The notes under the pieces are model-generated. The model was not told the DNA's origin. It saw only the letters and a program-made list of their open reading frames with translations, and ran no database searches. A DNA stretch of 33,000 nucleotides from Iphione sp. A-MEVVRFRX5. Lineage: Eukaryota. The translations under genes and the position numbers were made by a program. Shown here one piece after another: positions 10,161 through 22,831 of the stretch. Where the stretch lies: contig OZ320321.1 of assembly GCA_976226885.1 (NCBI GenBank), positions 46,531,001-46,564,000 of the forward strand, given 5' to 3'. Each line of letters begins with the position of its first letter. The stretch's first letter is position 1.

Positions 10161-13100
10161 GTAAGTGAATCTCTCACCACATGTCTTGTCCACACGTCAG
10201 TATCTTGTGCATAATATATGCACATCGGCATATAGTTTACAGCGTATGTGATATGTGCCTGTACTACAGAAGTGTAATGCTGTAGTATGTACAAGCTAGT
10301 ACTAGTAGCCTATCCTCGCCAACAGAGAACGTTGCTGCATTTATACTGCTGCATACACCACTGCTATACCGCGCACACACATGCAGAACTGTGTAACATG
10401 AACCAGTCATATTATCCGTACAACAGTACAGCTACTTAAAGGAATGGGAGAGGGAGAACTGTTGGTTTTCCGTTTTCCAGATCATATTTAGAGTGTCCTG
10501 AATACCATCCATAAATACACCAAAACCGAGATATTAACAATATCCTAGGGTGCGTGTTTCATGTAGATGTAATACCTGGGATCCAGGCACCACAGATGTA
10601 TCCTACACAGGTCAATATATAAACCAGTTCAGTCCTTCATAGTTTGGTAGCGTTAGGTGGTCGCCAGGTGTTATTTAGGCTGGCATCTACGATATAGGGA
10701 CCCAACCCACGATTTCCTAGTGAAGTCTGTGCGTCCGGTGACATATTTCTGTAACCTGGCTATGCACACAGATTCATGAATCATGCAGCAAATTTACGAA
10801 CTTACTGCAATTTCACCATACTACAGATGTATGCACACATGCAGCCTATAAAGGACAAGGACTCGTCCCCCGTTGTTACCTGTTACAAGTGGTAGAAACA
10901 GAGACGGGCTACACTTGCTAAATCAAAGATGCCAATAACAGGCGTCGTGTTGAAGCCTCTGTATGTTGTTTTCCAAGTCATTACGGATACCTTCAAGCAT
11001 GGTCTTCCTCTTCCTTTGATATCTCGCCAAGTCGAATCCAAGCAGGACGAAACAATGTTCAAGCGCTCCATCTAAAAGCATATTTTCTTCTAACTTGGGC
11101 CATAGTCAAATCATATCATGAGCAACTCACACCACCACCGGATCTTGTCAACGCCAGACTCAATAATGCCTGCTAGGAAGGGAGAGCGACCGAAAGACAG
11201 TGGGAGAGACAAGGAACGGAGACAAAGAAGGAGAGAAGAGAACAGTGCTGATGTTTAGGGAGAAAATACCAAGATGCCGTGATTTTAGGGAGGCTTTAGA
11301 GAACAGTAAGGAATCACATCACTATCCAACTGCAGCTTATGACATGCACAGCTGCCAAAAGTGTAATTATATCTGACAGATTCCATGAGGCAGCAGTACC
11401 TACCCTGTAATATCTTGCTCTTGTATACCAACCAATTATCCAGCGTATCACTTTGTTCATCCATACTTTGAAAACCGCCATACCGATGCGAGATGTTTGA
11501 TGAATAAATTATTTCTTATCTTTATAAAAAGAAAGGGATGAAGTGGCCATACGGTGATCTGGTTCATAGCATGATGTCGTCATGAAGGGATGGCATGATG
11601 ATGCAATGTGGTAACCAATTACATTAGAATATGATTGGCATGGAGTGAAGCAGAGTCATCTGACCGATCACTTTTGCGGCCATAGCTTCACTCACTGGCA
11701 AACATCATAGACACTTGCTTCTGGCATGGACGAGCTGGAGGTTGTCTAGGTCTTAGACAGTCATCTTTCAAGTCGCGTAAATTAAAATTTAACGCACATA
11801 GTACGTCCAAGCCTAAATCAAGCGATTTGTAATATATTCCTATTGTATATAATTGTTCTTAATAATTATTCTATATGTAATACAGCCAAAGATACATATA
11901 TGTATCATTGCCTTCAATGCTAGACATCGTTGTCCATGGCTTGAATTCCCACAGTTTTTGATAGCTGCGCACTCACTGCAACTCAGTATTTTCTGCCTTA
12001 AATCCCCCTGGAAATCACAACTATGTGTTTTGTGCGTGGAATTGCCTAAAATATCACCACAAAATAACACTGTTTTCCTTGAAATGTGAAAAGACTCACC
12101 TGTATCACTCTCTCCCTGAATCTCTGCATCTTCCTTTCTTTATTTCCCACTGTCTATGTGCATCTGCCTATGTCTGTCTAATATGGTGTGATGAGGAAAG
12201 AGGCAGTGCTCCTTATTATCTTTGCTATGAATCCTTATTCATTAATGATGTAAGATTGTCCTACTTGACAAAACATCCTCTGCATTTACATTCTGTTGGA
12301 ATATAATGCTTACTGCTGGCATCTTAGGACAATGTGAATGTTCACCTGTCCTCCGTACTGTCCGATGACATTGCATTAGTCATTGAAGCTACAACGATAT
12401 GCACACTACCAAGTACAAGTTACACCTGGAACATGCAAATTTCTTCACAGGAAATTCCATTCCTTGAGTGATGAAGAGACTGGACCTCAACTGAAAACGT
12501 TAAGACTGTTAAGGCTCCATACAAGCAATTGGTACCTCTGACTTACTTTTTAGAGCCAAAACCATAAAAAAGGATAAATGCATATTTTCTATTCATTAAA
12601 AACAGGTAAAATATGACCAATTATTGACGCAAAAGGGTTACACTGACAGACGTGTGCCGCCACCTTGCGGTTCCCCTGACGATGCAGTACTTTATTCTAA
12701 CAATGCCTACTGAATCGACCAGGAGCTCATGTGGCACATGGGAATGTGAAAAATCAAATCTGTTGAAGCGGTCAATCATTTTTGAGGAAGCCGACTAACG
12801 TTTGCTTCTTTGCCCAAAGGATATAAAGGCATTGCAGCGGGTTACTTGCTGTTCCATTACTAAAGCCAACCGTTAGTGTCTACGCACCCTGTGTCTTTGG
12901 AAACAGAACAAAGGTTATCTTTCTTTGGATTCCTTAATGTCTTGAATTCTTTCTTCTACCTGCTATGAAGCACCACCACAAAAAGATGCATCCCGTAGAT
13001 GATATCATCTTACACAAATAAGAGAGTTACAAAACACATAACTATTTCTTTCAAACGGAACCTATGACAACTAAGCAGATTCATCAAGTGTAGGAATCAG

Positions 13101-13527
13101 GCATTAGGATGCATATATCAATCACATAAATAATGAACAATTCTCCCGACGACAGTTGCCAGTTTGTATGATGCATTGGTCCCTATGCATGTCACCAATT
13201 CAGCACCCTCCCTCCTGCCATATCACATTAAAGGCAATTATTATCAAAGGTATTCTTTTTCGTGCACATATAATTATAGTTTCAATGAATAGCACCGCCG
13301 TTCAACCAAAATGTCTGCCCGTATTTGTTCACCGTCTAACAATATTTCTCCTCATTTGTCTTCAATATTGTTTACAAGTGGTTTTACTGTCGTCACCTTC
13401 TCGTTTTCCTTATCTGCAACCATTGTATCATATCAAAATTATTCATTGGGAATTCATCAGTAAAGCATGTGAATCTATCTGAGCCTGAGAGTGTTACTAA
13501 ATTTTGTTTTGTCCTCTTCACTTGTAG

Positions 13528-14402
13528 CGGGACCAGTCATCGGAGAAGGCCCGTTCCCCATAGCCTGGGTGGCTGGAGGCATTGCCGCGGCTGTCCTGCT
13601 GGCACTCCTGCTCCTCCTCCTGGGTCTGTGCCTCGCCCGCCGCAAGAAACCACACAAGGAGACGCCTCCGACGGCGGCAGTGGTGTCCGGAACGCCGGCG
13701 GGCTTCGACGAGCCCGAGCTGGGCTACATCGGTATGAAGAACCCGACCGTCGCGGCCGTCAAACAGAAGGCCATTCTGGCCGATCCGCCGCCGGAGCCGA
13801 GCGTCATCGAGAACGGAATCCAGAATTCCAACTTCGAGCCCGACTACGAGAACGTCGGCACGCTGACGAACGGCGGTCACGTGACTGAGTCGGCGCCGCA
13901 GCTCAGTATGGACCGTGGATTCGACGCCAGCAACGTCGCGTCGCAGGCGGCCATGGTGCTCAGCACCGGTCAGCTGCGCACGGTGGATCGGAAGTACCAG
14001 AAGAACAAGCAACCTGCGCAACCCGACCCCAACACCTTCGACATGCAGAACAACGGTAAGGTGGCGACCCTGGTGCAACGGTTGGCCAAGCGCCTGCGCA
14101 CCGGCATCTCCTCCATCCGCTGGACGAACGGCGAGGACAACTCCAACAGGCGGCTCGACATGCGCGATTCCGGGCCGCCGGGCGACACCGACACTCCCGG
14201 AGAGCCAGACGCTAACCCCCAGGGGGCAGCACGACCGCCCTATGCCAAGAAGCCACCCATAGGCCCCTTCAAACCGCAACTCCACCGGCTGCCGCAGGGA
14301 ATGTCACCGGCTTCTCGGATCACCCCACAGGTCGTCAAGACAACCATCGGCCGCACCAAGATGAAGCAAAGGGGTCAACTGAATGGTCAAGGTCACTTTT
14401 AA
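13528..14402 (+). CDS. LRP-like terminal exon: stalk, transmembrane helix (about 13560-13637) and 254-aa cytoplasmic tail
   Basis: Acceptor gtcctcttcacttgtag in phase 1, compatible with the 10160 donor. Helix IAWVAGGIAAAVLLALLLLLLGLCLA followed by RRKK; part of track ORF 13491..14402; TAA at 14400-14402. The link to the upstream exons is inferred from phase and architecture. Confidence 0.85.
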
Positions 14403-17400
14403 TCTTGACCAACAGAGCCTGATAGCAAAGAAATTGCCTGTATATTTAGCCTTCTCTCCTAATCAGAGCGGAGATACAGTTAAATAGGCTACGTCGGTTG
14501 CCAAATGAACTATGAACGGAGCCCCCTGTTGACACTGCGAATACTTGGACTCCCCCACCCCCCCCCCACACACAAGACTCTGAGACGTTCTCAAAACTTT
14601 CCGATGGCTGTCTTCAGTGACCAAGAATTATATATCCCATTTACATTCAGGGCCGATGGCCCCACTGAGCCACTAGGGGGAGACGTCTTTTGTTGAACTG
14701 TTACAGGTATTACTAGATATGTGCTGTCTTCTAAAAAAAAAACTTACATGATAGTAAGTTCTGCCACGTTACAAACACACCGTCTTCCACAATCAGACTC
14801 TTGTCATTAGGCATTGCTGTATATACCTATGCTTTAAACGGCAAGCAGCGCGTAATCTTTTTTTTGTGTCATGTTTTATGATAAACCTGCAGGCAATCTT
14901 ATACAGGGTGATCACCCCAGTATTTGTGGACAGTGAGAGATTTCCGCTAATTTTACAACTGCCACTTAGTGTGGAAACTCAGAATCGAGCCTGGGGGGTG
15001 GAGTTTGTGGTGTCTCTGCCACCGTTGTACTTGCAGACTCGAAAAAAATGACATTCACGATGGTCTTCTGGTTTATCGTGATTTATTTCCATTTATTGCC
15101 TTAGTGGAATCAAAACGGCACTAAGGTTTAACCTTGAAATGAGCCTTCTACCTATAAATAAGGACACAACTATATCTCACGTTCAAGGAGCCCTTTGCGT
15201 AGCCCTGTCCAGTTGAGAAAAAAAACATACAAGACTTATGTGAAGAAATTCGTTCTCTCAACTGCATTCCGACCCATACCTGTGCTGAAATCGCACCAAA
15301 AGTGTAGGTGATTACTGAAATTCTTTAGAGGCCAGCTGGACTGGATTGAATGTGGAATTTTATTTTACATGAATGAGTAAATTGTACGTCAATCAAGGGC
15401 CACACAAAAATGCCCTTCAGGGCAATGGATCGAGTGTGAAACAATCTTTGACGCAGATGAGTATATTCTTTTTTAATTGACGGCCATACAAAACAGCCTT
15501 CAGCTGTATTTACATGAATGTTACATGAATGAATATCATCACCAATTAGCAGTCATAAAAATGTCCTGCAAAGAACTGCTTTATACAAGTATACAACCTG
15601 GATTTACTGAAAAAACTTGAACCTACTATGTAATATCTTCAGTTGAAAAGGTTATTCAAATGGAAGGGAAAAAACGAAGGACTGATGTTCAGAGAGTGTA
15701 TTGATGGTGTTCAGCGGGTTGTCATGGCCTTCGTGACAATATAATGAGGAAATGGTGCTTGTTTGTGGAAAACCTCCAGGATGAGATGAGTCATTATTAT
15801 GAGTGAAAATCTCAAATTCAGGCAGTATATTAGTAGTGTTTGACAGACTGTATTGGCCGTTATAACAGTGTCATGAGGAATGCCGCCTATTTCTGTGAAG
15901 GACTTTCGGCATGTTGCTCTCTGCGATAGTACGGATTGAAGTCTGTAAAACAAAGATTTGCTGGGTACCGCAATCCATCCCTTAGTTCACGAAACTACGT
16001 ATTGCTCATCACATTAATGTGAGTGTGAAGATGGAAATGGTATATAGAGGCATTACAAGTTTAATGTATTTCTGAGTTATTTATTCATTTATGTGTCACA
16101 TAACATATAATCAATATGGTCGTATGCTCGTGTTTGACTTGGGGTTAAAGCAAAATACTCCCTTTTCTTTTCTAACAACGAATTATAATAGGTGTATTAT
16201 CATTCTAATATAGTGTAACATGCTGTAGGTAAACGACTTTATCACCCTGTATGAGTTAATACGACCCAATAGTTAATCAAGTTAATCATAACCATGATTT
16301 AACGATTCACATGAGACTCGCAGAGCACCAATATCTAATGTAACATTATACTAGGATTGTATTCGTCGTTATTCTTCTATGGCACTATAGCATTATGTTG
16401 ACGTCTCTTTCGACCCTTTGTGATTTTAAGTTGTCACAAGTACGGACACATGACAGCCGATTTAGTTATATTCATAAACTACTTGCATGAGAGCTTCGAT
16501 GATATTTTCAGGTCTGCCTTTAAGTAGAACACAAGTTTACCAAGATAAACTCTTAGAATACAGTAAATAGTTTGGATGACAAGAACTTTTTCTTATGGTG
16601 GATAACAAATCAAATCCCCTTTTCATTGATAACTACAGCGAATTTTTATTTATACTGTTGAATTTCACACAGGTATGTTTTTTCCTCAAGAAAATGAGGA
16701 TGTTCAACCATTATCATAATGTAAACACATTTCATCAAAGTTGCTGGCTATCATTAAACTACTTGATCACTCAATGCAGCGATGTGCGGAACCACTTGAA
16801 TCATGTCTTGATCACAGGAGTCATGTGTTTGTCTGTTATATAAGAACCGTACTTAATGTGCATGCTTTCTGGATGTTTTGTTCACATGTTGCCCGCTGGC
16901 AAAACACATCCTTTGTAGATGGTAAGTGTATTTCAGAATCTCTATATATAATATATATGTATATCGCTTGCAAGTTTCAAAGTCCGTCTGTTTCATCAAC
17001 CCTGACAAGTACATGTATTTTTCTATCAGAAAATGGAAAAATGTCAGGAAAATATTTCGCCGATTGACATCTTGCAAGTAGAGACCAGCACACGTTCATC
17101 CTGTGGTGTAAAACACTGGCCAGTTTATCTTTTCCCCTCAGGATGGCTATCATTACGTTTGCTACAGCCAAGAAAAGTATGTAGGAGAAAGTGTGGCATC
17201 TGACATTAAAACTCCGACCCCTTCACCAGGGTGCAGCACACAAGCCGGTCATAAGTGCTATGTCAGTATGAAAGGAATGCCCACAAAAGACTAGATTAAG
17301 GTCGGTTTACCTCAGTCTCATATTACCCAAGGCAGTAGTGTCGTACGAATACACCACAGCGTTGCCGTTGAAGCCGAAAAGGATTGGTTGCAAAACAAAA

Positions 17401-19153
17401 GTACATATTATTACATGGAACATAACAAACTGTCAGGTCTGCGCCCTGTATATAAAAACTACTGGGTTCCATTGATTGGTTTTGTTTTACCACAGATTGG
17501 TTTGCCAGTCAAAAGTTACATTCCTGTGTCCAAAACCTGACCTCAAGCTTGCATGAACTTGATGTCTTTCTTGAATATGATCCGGCCACATGACATTGTA
17601 TCATTGCTATAGAGTTAAAAAAACGAGTAGCCCTAGTGCTAACATGCGGGACACGGTGAACCAAACAATGAGACTTTTCTTCTACACTACTCACATGACT
17701 GCTGGGCGAGAAGGTTAGATAAATTTTCTACAGTCAGGCCTCATTAATTCAACGATAAAAAAACTTATTAAATATTTTCAAAATATATAAATCGCTTTGA
17801 TATTTCCATTGTCTAATGATGCAATCTTTCAGAGGATTCTGTAGTTCAAACAGAACTTTGACAAACATAAGGGTTATACGTAGTGAGGTGCGAATGAGCA
17901 TATTTATTTTTATCCGGTGTTAGCATGAACATTATTATCAGAAGCATCAATCAAGAATACATCAGGACTTAGAACACATTTGACATTTTCACATTTTGAG
18001 ATTTTTTGCCTGCGTTCTCCTTATCCATGTCATATGCCTCAAAACTCGTCACAAAGGACAATAGAAAGAAAAGTTCTATATAATTTACTGCTTTATAAAC
18101 AAGAAGGAACAATAATATTTCTTCCTTTCAGCAACATAATACATTAAGCGAGGAGAACAATATTATTTTATCCTTTCAGCAATGGACAACTGTACACAAC
18201 CGTTTAATGGTTGATAACGGTTATATAATATACACATGTATCATTGCTTGGATTTAACGAATGTCCCCGATGATTTGTTATTCTATGTACATGTGCATGT
18301 ATGTACTTAGTACTTTGATCTGTTTAGGGAAAGATACTTTTCCGATCCTTTTTTATTCGTGTGATGGCAGTGGCAATATTGTTTCAGGTACATTTCTTCA
18401 TGAAATGCTGCATGCTCAAGATTAAATGCTTATCACTAATATCACTAAAGTTATGTATCAGTGCAAAGTACATAATTATGAGATATGATATGCAGGTAAT
18501 ATGAAAATGATATATCTTGGTCAAATGGACTATTCATGTTTGACAGGTATCGGCGCTTTGTCTTCATTTGTTGAAAGAACCTCATTCTTGTGTATATTCT
18601 TAAAATAAAGATACAAAATGATAAATATGTCCATTATTTTTTGTGTACACGTTCCCGTATGTCTTTTATGCCGCCAGTTCGTTCTTTAGTCAGTCTAAAT
18701 AAAGGCTACAATTAAAAAGCGTTGAACCACTTTCATAGATGATCATAGAATGGGTGTAATGAGGAAATACCTCTGTATGTACCAGATGATAGTTTTAATT
18801 ATGTTGACAAGTATTTGCGATATGTTGGTTTACTGTGTGTGTTGGTCCTGATTGTGCTGCACTGCTGCCTTCACTCATCATGCTGGGACAGTGCTGGAAC
18901 AAGGCTTACTCTGGTGTGGACTCAACCCTTCATGTTAGGGACAGTGCTCAGATACATCCTGCTGCACTACCTACTCTACCCTTTGTGCAGAGACATGCCC
19001 TTTACAAATCACTGCTGACCACCGTGCATGGCCAAAAATAAGACAAGACTGCCACAAAGTTGCTCTGTCAACTTTGACCTCATACTAAACTAGTGTGATA
19101 TTCTTGTTGGCATCCGTCTGTTTTGGGAGACAAAATTGGGGTTTGCCCTTTGG

Positions 19154-20560
19154 TCAGTCTGTATAGCAGCACCTGCTCTGGCTGTACAGGCCTATTTTTG
19201 AATGGCAAAGTTTATTGCAGTTACTGCAGGAAAAGCCCACAACTGTCTCTGTGACCCTTGATTGCACTCTCTGTTATCTGTGCTTTCTTTTCACTTTCCA
19301 GTGGTCTTCTCTTCCTCTCACTCAGCTCAACACTTGTCTTAACAGCATGTCTCCAAGCATTGCAATTAACAGCTGTAGTTTTGAGATTAGCAGGGTGGAT
19401 ACTGCTAGCCATAGAGCAAAGTGCTCAAAACACAGGCCTGATATATTTTCATTTTTACATTCATTGTTAGCACAGAGTTGTTCTACACTCTCTTTGTCAG
19501 GTGGGCTATTGCTTTTGCTTTTGATGCCTTCCCAGTCTGGATATTCAGCTCAGGGTCCAGGGAGAGGTTGCTGAAGATGATGCAGCCAAGGTAGGTGAAG
19601 TCCTCTACCACCTCAAGGGTGTGTGCTCTGACGGATTTGCATGGGGTACTGCTGACATCTGGACCCAGGATTTGGTCTTCTTGATGCTTATGGTCAGGCC
19701 AAACTCATCACTTGCATCTGCAAGGTGGGTGATGAGTCACTGTAGTGCATCCTCAGTCTGTGCAGCCAAGGCAGCAGCACCTCTGAACAGAACAGCATTT
19801 CCCTCAGAGGGACCCTGCACCCCTTTGTCTTTGCATGGAGATGGGTGAGGTTAAAAAGGCTCCCATCACTTCTTGTGTTGATATGGACACCATCTTCAGG
19901 CTGGTCAAAGGTGTGCTGCAGCAGCAGGGAAAAGAAGATGCTGAAGAGTAATGGAGCAAGGATGCATCCTTGTTTCACACCACTACAGATCAGGAAAGGT
20001 TCTGAATAGGATCCGTTGTACTGGACAGTGCCTCTCATGTCTTCATGGAAGGAGAGGATCATTTTTAGAAGCCTGGGGACATCCTTTCCTGTGCAGTAAG
20101 GTGACCAGGCGACTCTTGCTGACCAAGTCAAATGCCTTTGCCAAGTCTATGAAGGCAATATAGAATGGTTGTTAATGTTCACAGCACTTCTCCTGCAGCT
20201 ATCTCATGCAGAAAATCATGTCAACTGTTGATCTTACTGTCTGGAGCCACACAGCACCTCTGGGTAGATGTGCTCTGGAAGTGACTGAAGTCCATTGAGG
20301 ACTATATGGGCAAAGACCTTGAGAGATCCCATTGTAGTTATTGCAATCACTGCAGTCTCCTTTGTTCTTGTATAGTGTTGTAATGTTATCATCTCACAAG
20401 TCCAGTGGAACTGTTCCTCCCCCCATCCCAACACTGCAGTAAGAGCTCATGGAGTTCATTGAGGAGTTCAGGTTTTTTCCCAGCTTTGATGACCTTGGGT
20501 GGAATGCCATCATTTCCTGGTGCTTCACCACAGCCTAGGGTGTCAATTGCCTTTGTGGGT
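19154..20560 (-). pseudogene. Reverse transcriptase and C-terminal region of the RTE element (disrupted; the (Y/F)ADD motif is destroyed)
   Basis: Track ORFs 20389..20595, 20234..20434, 19694..20131 and 19221..19412 are fragments of it. MLF is followed by a frameshift where ADD is expected, then AALAAQTEDALQ. Confidence 0.9.
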
Positions 20561-20869
20561 TCTTGTATGGAAGGTGGAATACCACGTTCTTCCATAGTTG
20601 ACAGGGGTTAGATAAGATCAACTGCTGAGTTAGTGACAACATTTTCCCCTGAGTACAGCTGCTGGTAGTGTTCCACCTATCTCTCCATCTGCTTGCTATG
20701 GTCTGTTATGATTTCCCCAGAGGTAGACTCTAATAGTGCGATCTTGGTGATACTTGGACCAAATGCTTTCTTCAGACCCTCATACACATCATGTCTTCCC
20801 GCACTCAGCAGATAGCTGGATGCGTCTGGCATAGGTTCAGCCAGTAGTCACTGACACACTTTTTCCCCA

Positions 20870-21600
20870 ACCAGTGAATGATCAGTGTCACATTCGGAGC
20901 TGTGGTAGCTGTGGGTTATCTATATGCAGCTCAGTGAGCTTCTACTGGTGATGATGTGATCCAACTGGTGCCAGTGACAGGATTTGGGGTGAGGCCAGGG
21001 CACTTTATGGATGTGTTTTATCTGTAAGAAGTTGTTTGTGATGCACAGATCATGATATGAGCACAGTTCCAGTAGTCTCTGTCCATTTTTATTCAGCTTG
21101 CCAGTACTGAAGGGGCCAACACAGCAGAGCTAAAAGATCTGGTTAGTTCTAATCTGGGCATTGAAGTTCCCAAGCAAGTATAGACTTTCTGTGGCTTGTA
21201 TTACCTTGATGGTAGCTTCCAGTTCTTCATAAAATTCATCCTTTGCCTCAGAACTGGTTAGATTGTAGGAGCATAGATGCGTAGGATGTTCATGGGACCT
21301 GATGAGCTGGAAAGATGGACAGAGAGGATCCTTGCAGATCTCCTGGACAGTGGTTCAAGTGCAGACAGTAGGGCATTTCTCACTGTGAATCCAACACCAT
21401 GTATGCAAGACTCTGGCCAGTAGAATGTATAGTCCTGTTCTCTGATGCTGCCCTTTGATGGTAGCCTGGTCTCTTGCAGAGCAGCAATGTCAACATTGAC
21501 CCTCTATAGCTCATAGTAAATAATGGCTGTTTTACTCATATCATCAACTGGTTGCACGTTGTCAGAGAGGCCAGGGTGCATGATCCTGATGCTTTAGCTG
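20870..21600 (-). pseudogene. APE-type endonuclease domain of the RTE element (disrupted)
   Basis: My translation: MHPGLSDNVQPVDDMSKTAIIYYEL*RVNVDIAALQETRL...GNFNAQI...; not in the ORF track because of stops and frameshifts. Confidence 0.88.
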
Positions 21601-22082
21601 CCCCAGCTGTCAGGATCCCCCTCTTGGCCTCACTGGTGAAGTCCAAAGAAGTGCAGAGCAATACATTTGGCACCAGGTTGGTTGCAAGAGTTACCAAAAT
21701 GATGCTCGTACACTGGCAGTCATCTGCCTATGGGGCTTAACTTCTGATTTGAAAGGCATACTCTCCCACTGTTGGTCATTGGATCAGTTGAAGGTTTCCT
21801 CTGTCCTTTAGCCATTGGCTACAAAAGTAGCTTCTCTGCCTAGTGGTGCAGTGTAGACACCATCCTCTCATGTAGTCTGGTCCACCAGCTGAGAATGTAT
21901 ACCAGGGTGTGGTGCTTACAGCCAGCACATGAGAGACTTAGGAGATGGATGAGGATCAATGGTACCTGTCCACCATATACTATGATACAGCTGCCAGACA
22001 ACAAGGGTGATACCTCTATCCAGTGCCTCCTTCACCCCAGTATACTCACACAGTCACGCATGCTCTGCGCTGCTGACATTTC

Positions 22083-22282
22083 ATGAGAATCCCACATAAG
22101 CGGGGAATAAAGTGTGTTACATGCTGACTTCTCAAAACACACAGCTGACTAGTACCATGCTTTCAATGGGGATTGCATGCTGACTTCTCTTGATGAAACC
22201 CCTGAATACTCTGCTTTTTAATGGGATACAAATTTCTTACAGTGGGATCGTAACTACCCTGTTTTAGGTGGGGATTCTCGTT
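22083..22282. mobile_element. Possible small TIR element next to the 5' end of the LINE
   Basis: atgagaatcccacataa at the left versus the reverse complement acgagaatccccacctaa at the right; no clear TSD. Confidence 0.35.
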
Positions 22283-22831
22283 CGGCCTGTCTGGATACAG
22301 CCCTGAACAAGGCACTTTGGGTAGGGATTGCAGGGTTATTTCTGTGGCTATACCCTATAACCACTATACAAGTGTTAGGAATGTATATCAACTTTGAACC
22401 TTTTACCCGTGACCACACAGCTAACAACAGGCCAGAACTCTATAATGCATCTTTTAGCTGCAAAATAAATCTCTTTCATATATGTCAAAGTATAATTTGT
22501 AACATTCACCCTCCTTTCCATTGCATTATGAATGAAAAGCATCTAAAAACATCATGCCGAGTCAATTATACCAGTTAAGTACCCGTTTAATGTCAGTTAC
22601 GTGAAGTTCTCATGTGCATTACCTGTCCTCTCCCCACGGGGGTCCCTCTAATATGTATAGAATATGAAAAATTATATAGAATACATATTGCTTTTGTTCA
22701 TGTGCTTAGAAGCGTGAACACTATTGAAGAAATTCTGATGACGCAGTAGGGGAAACAAAAGAGTAGATCAAACGATTTTATTAAGAACTCATCTAAAGGG
22801 AATCCATAATGGTGCCTAGGAAAAGACAACT

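Larger units (their letters stand above)
1403..14402 (+). other. 3' portion of a multi-exon LDLR-family/LRP-like type I membrane receptor gene (propeller-EGF-propeller-TM-tail); 5' end outside the window
   Basis: Ten AG/GT-bounded exons join in one reading frame with matching intron phases (2,0,1,1,1,2,1,2,1). The product has YWTD-like blades, a 6-Cys EGF repeat, a hydrophobic helix and a basic stop-transfer RRKK. No start codon or signal peptide was found. Confidence 0.9.
19101..21950 (-). mobile_element. Near full-length degenerate RTE-clade LINE (5'UTR, APE endonuclease, RT, C-terminal Cys motif, 3' tail)
   Basis: Minus-strand fragments in order: DIAALQETRL, HGVGFTVRN, IYAPT, NGQRLLELC, HWHQLDHII, DTDHSL (APE); AFIDLAKAFDLV, GVKQGCILAPLLFSIFF, FGLTISIKKTK, DFTYLG, YQACVLSTLLYG (RT); CSNCNKLCHSKIGLYS. 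The 3' end is ttgtctcc...ggatgcc-aacaag. Many stops and frameshifts. The 5' boundary is uncertain and may reach about 22080. Confidence 0.93.

Noticed and set aside
13469-14285. Overlapping ORFs 13469..13888 (+), 13518..14285 (-), 13915..14262 (+), 13970..14194 (-)
   Set aside because: Shadow frames of a GC-rich real exon; low-complexity R/G/P/V products.
22690-22762. Hammerhead-like CTGATGA...GAAA with a possible stem III (cttttg/caaaag)
   Set aside because: Stem I does not pair and stem II has only one pair.
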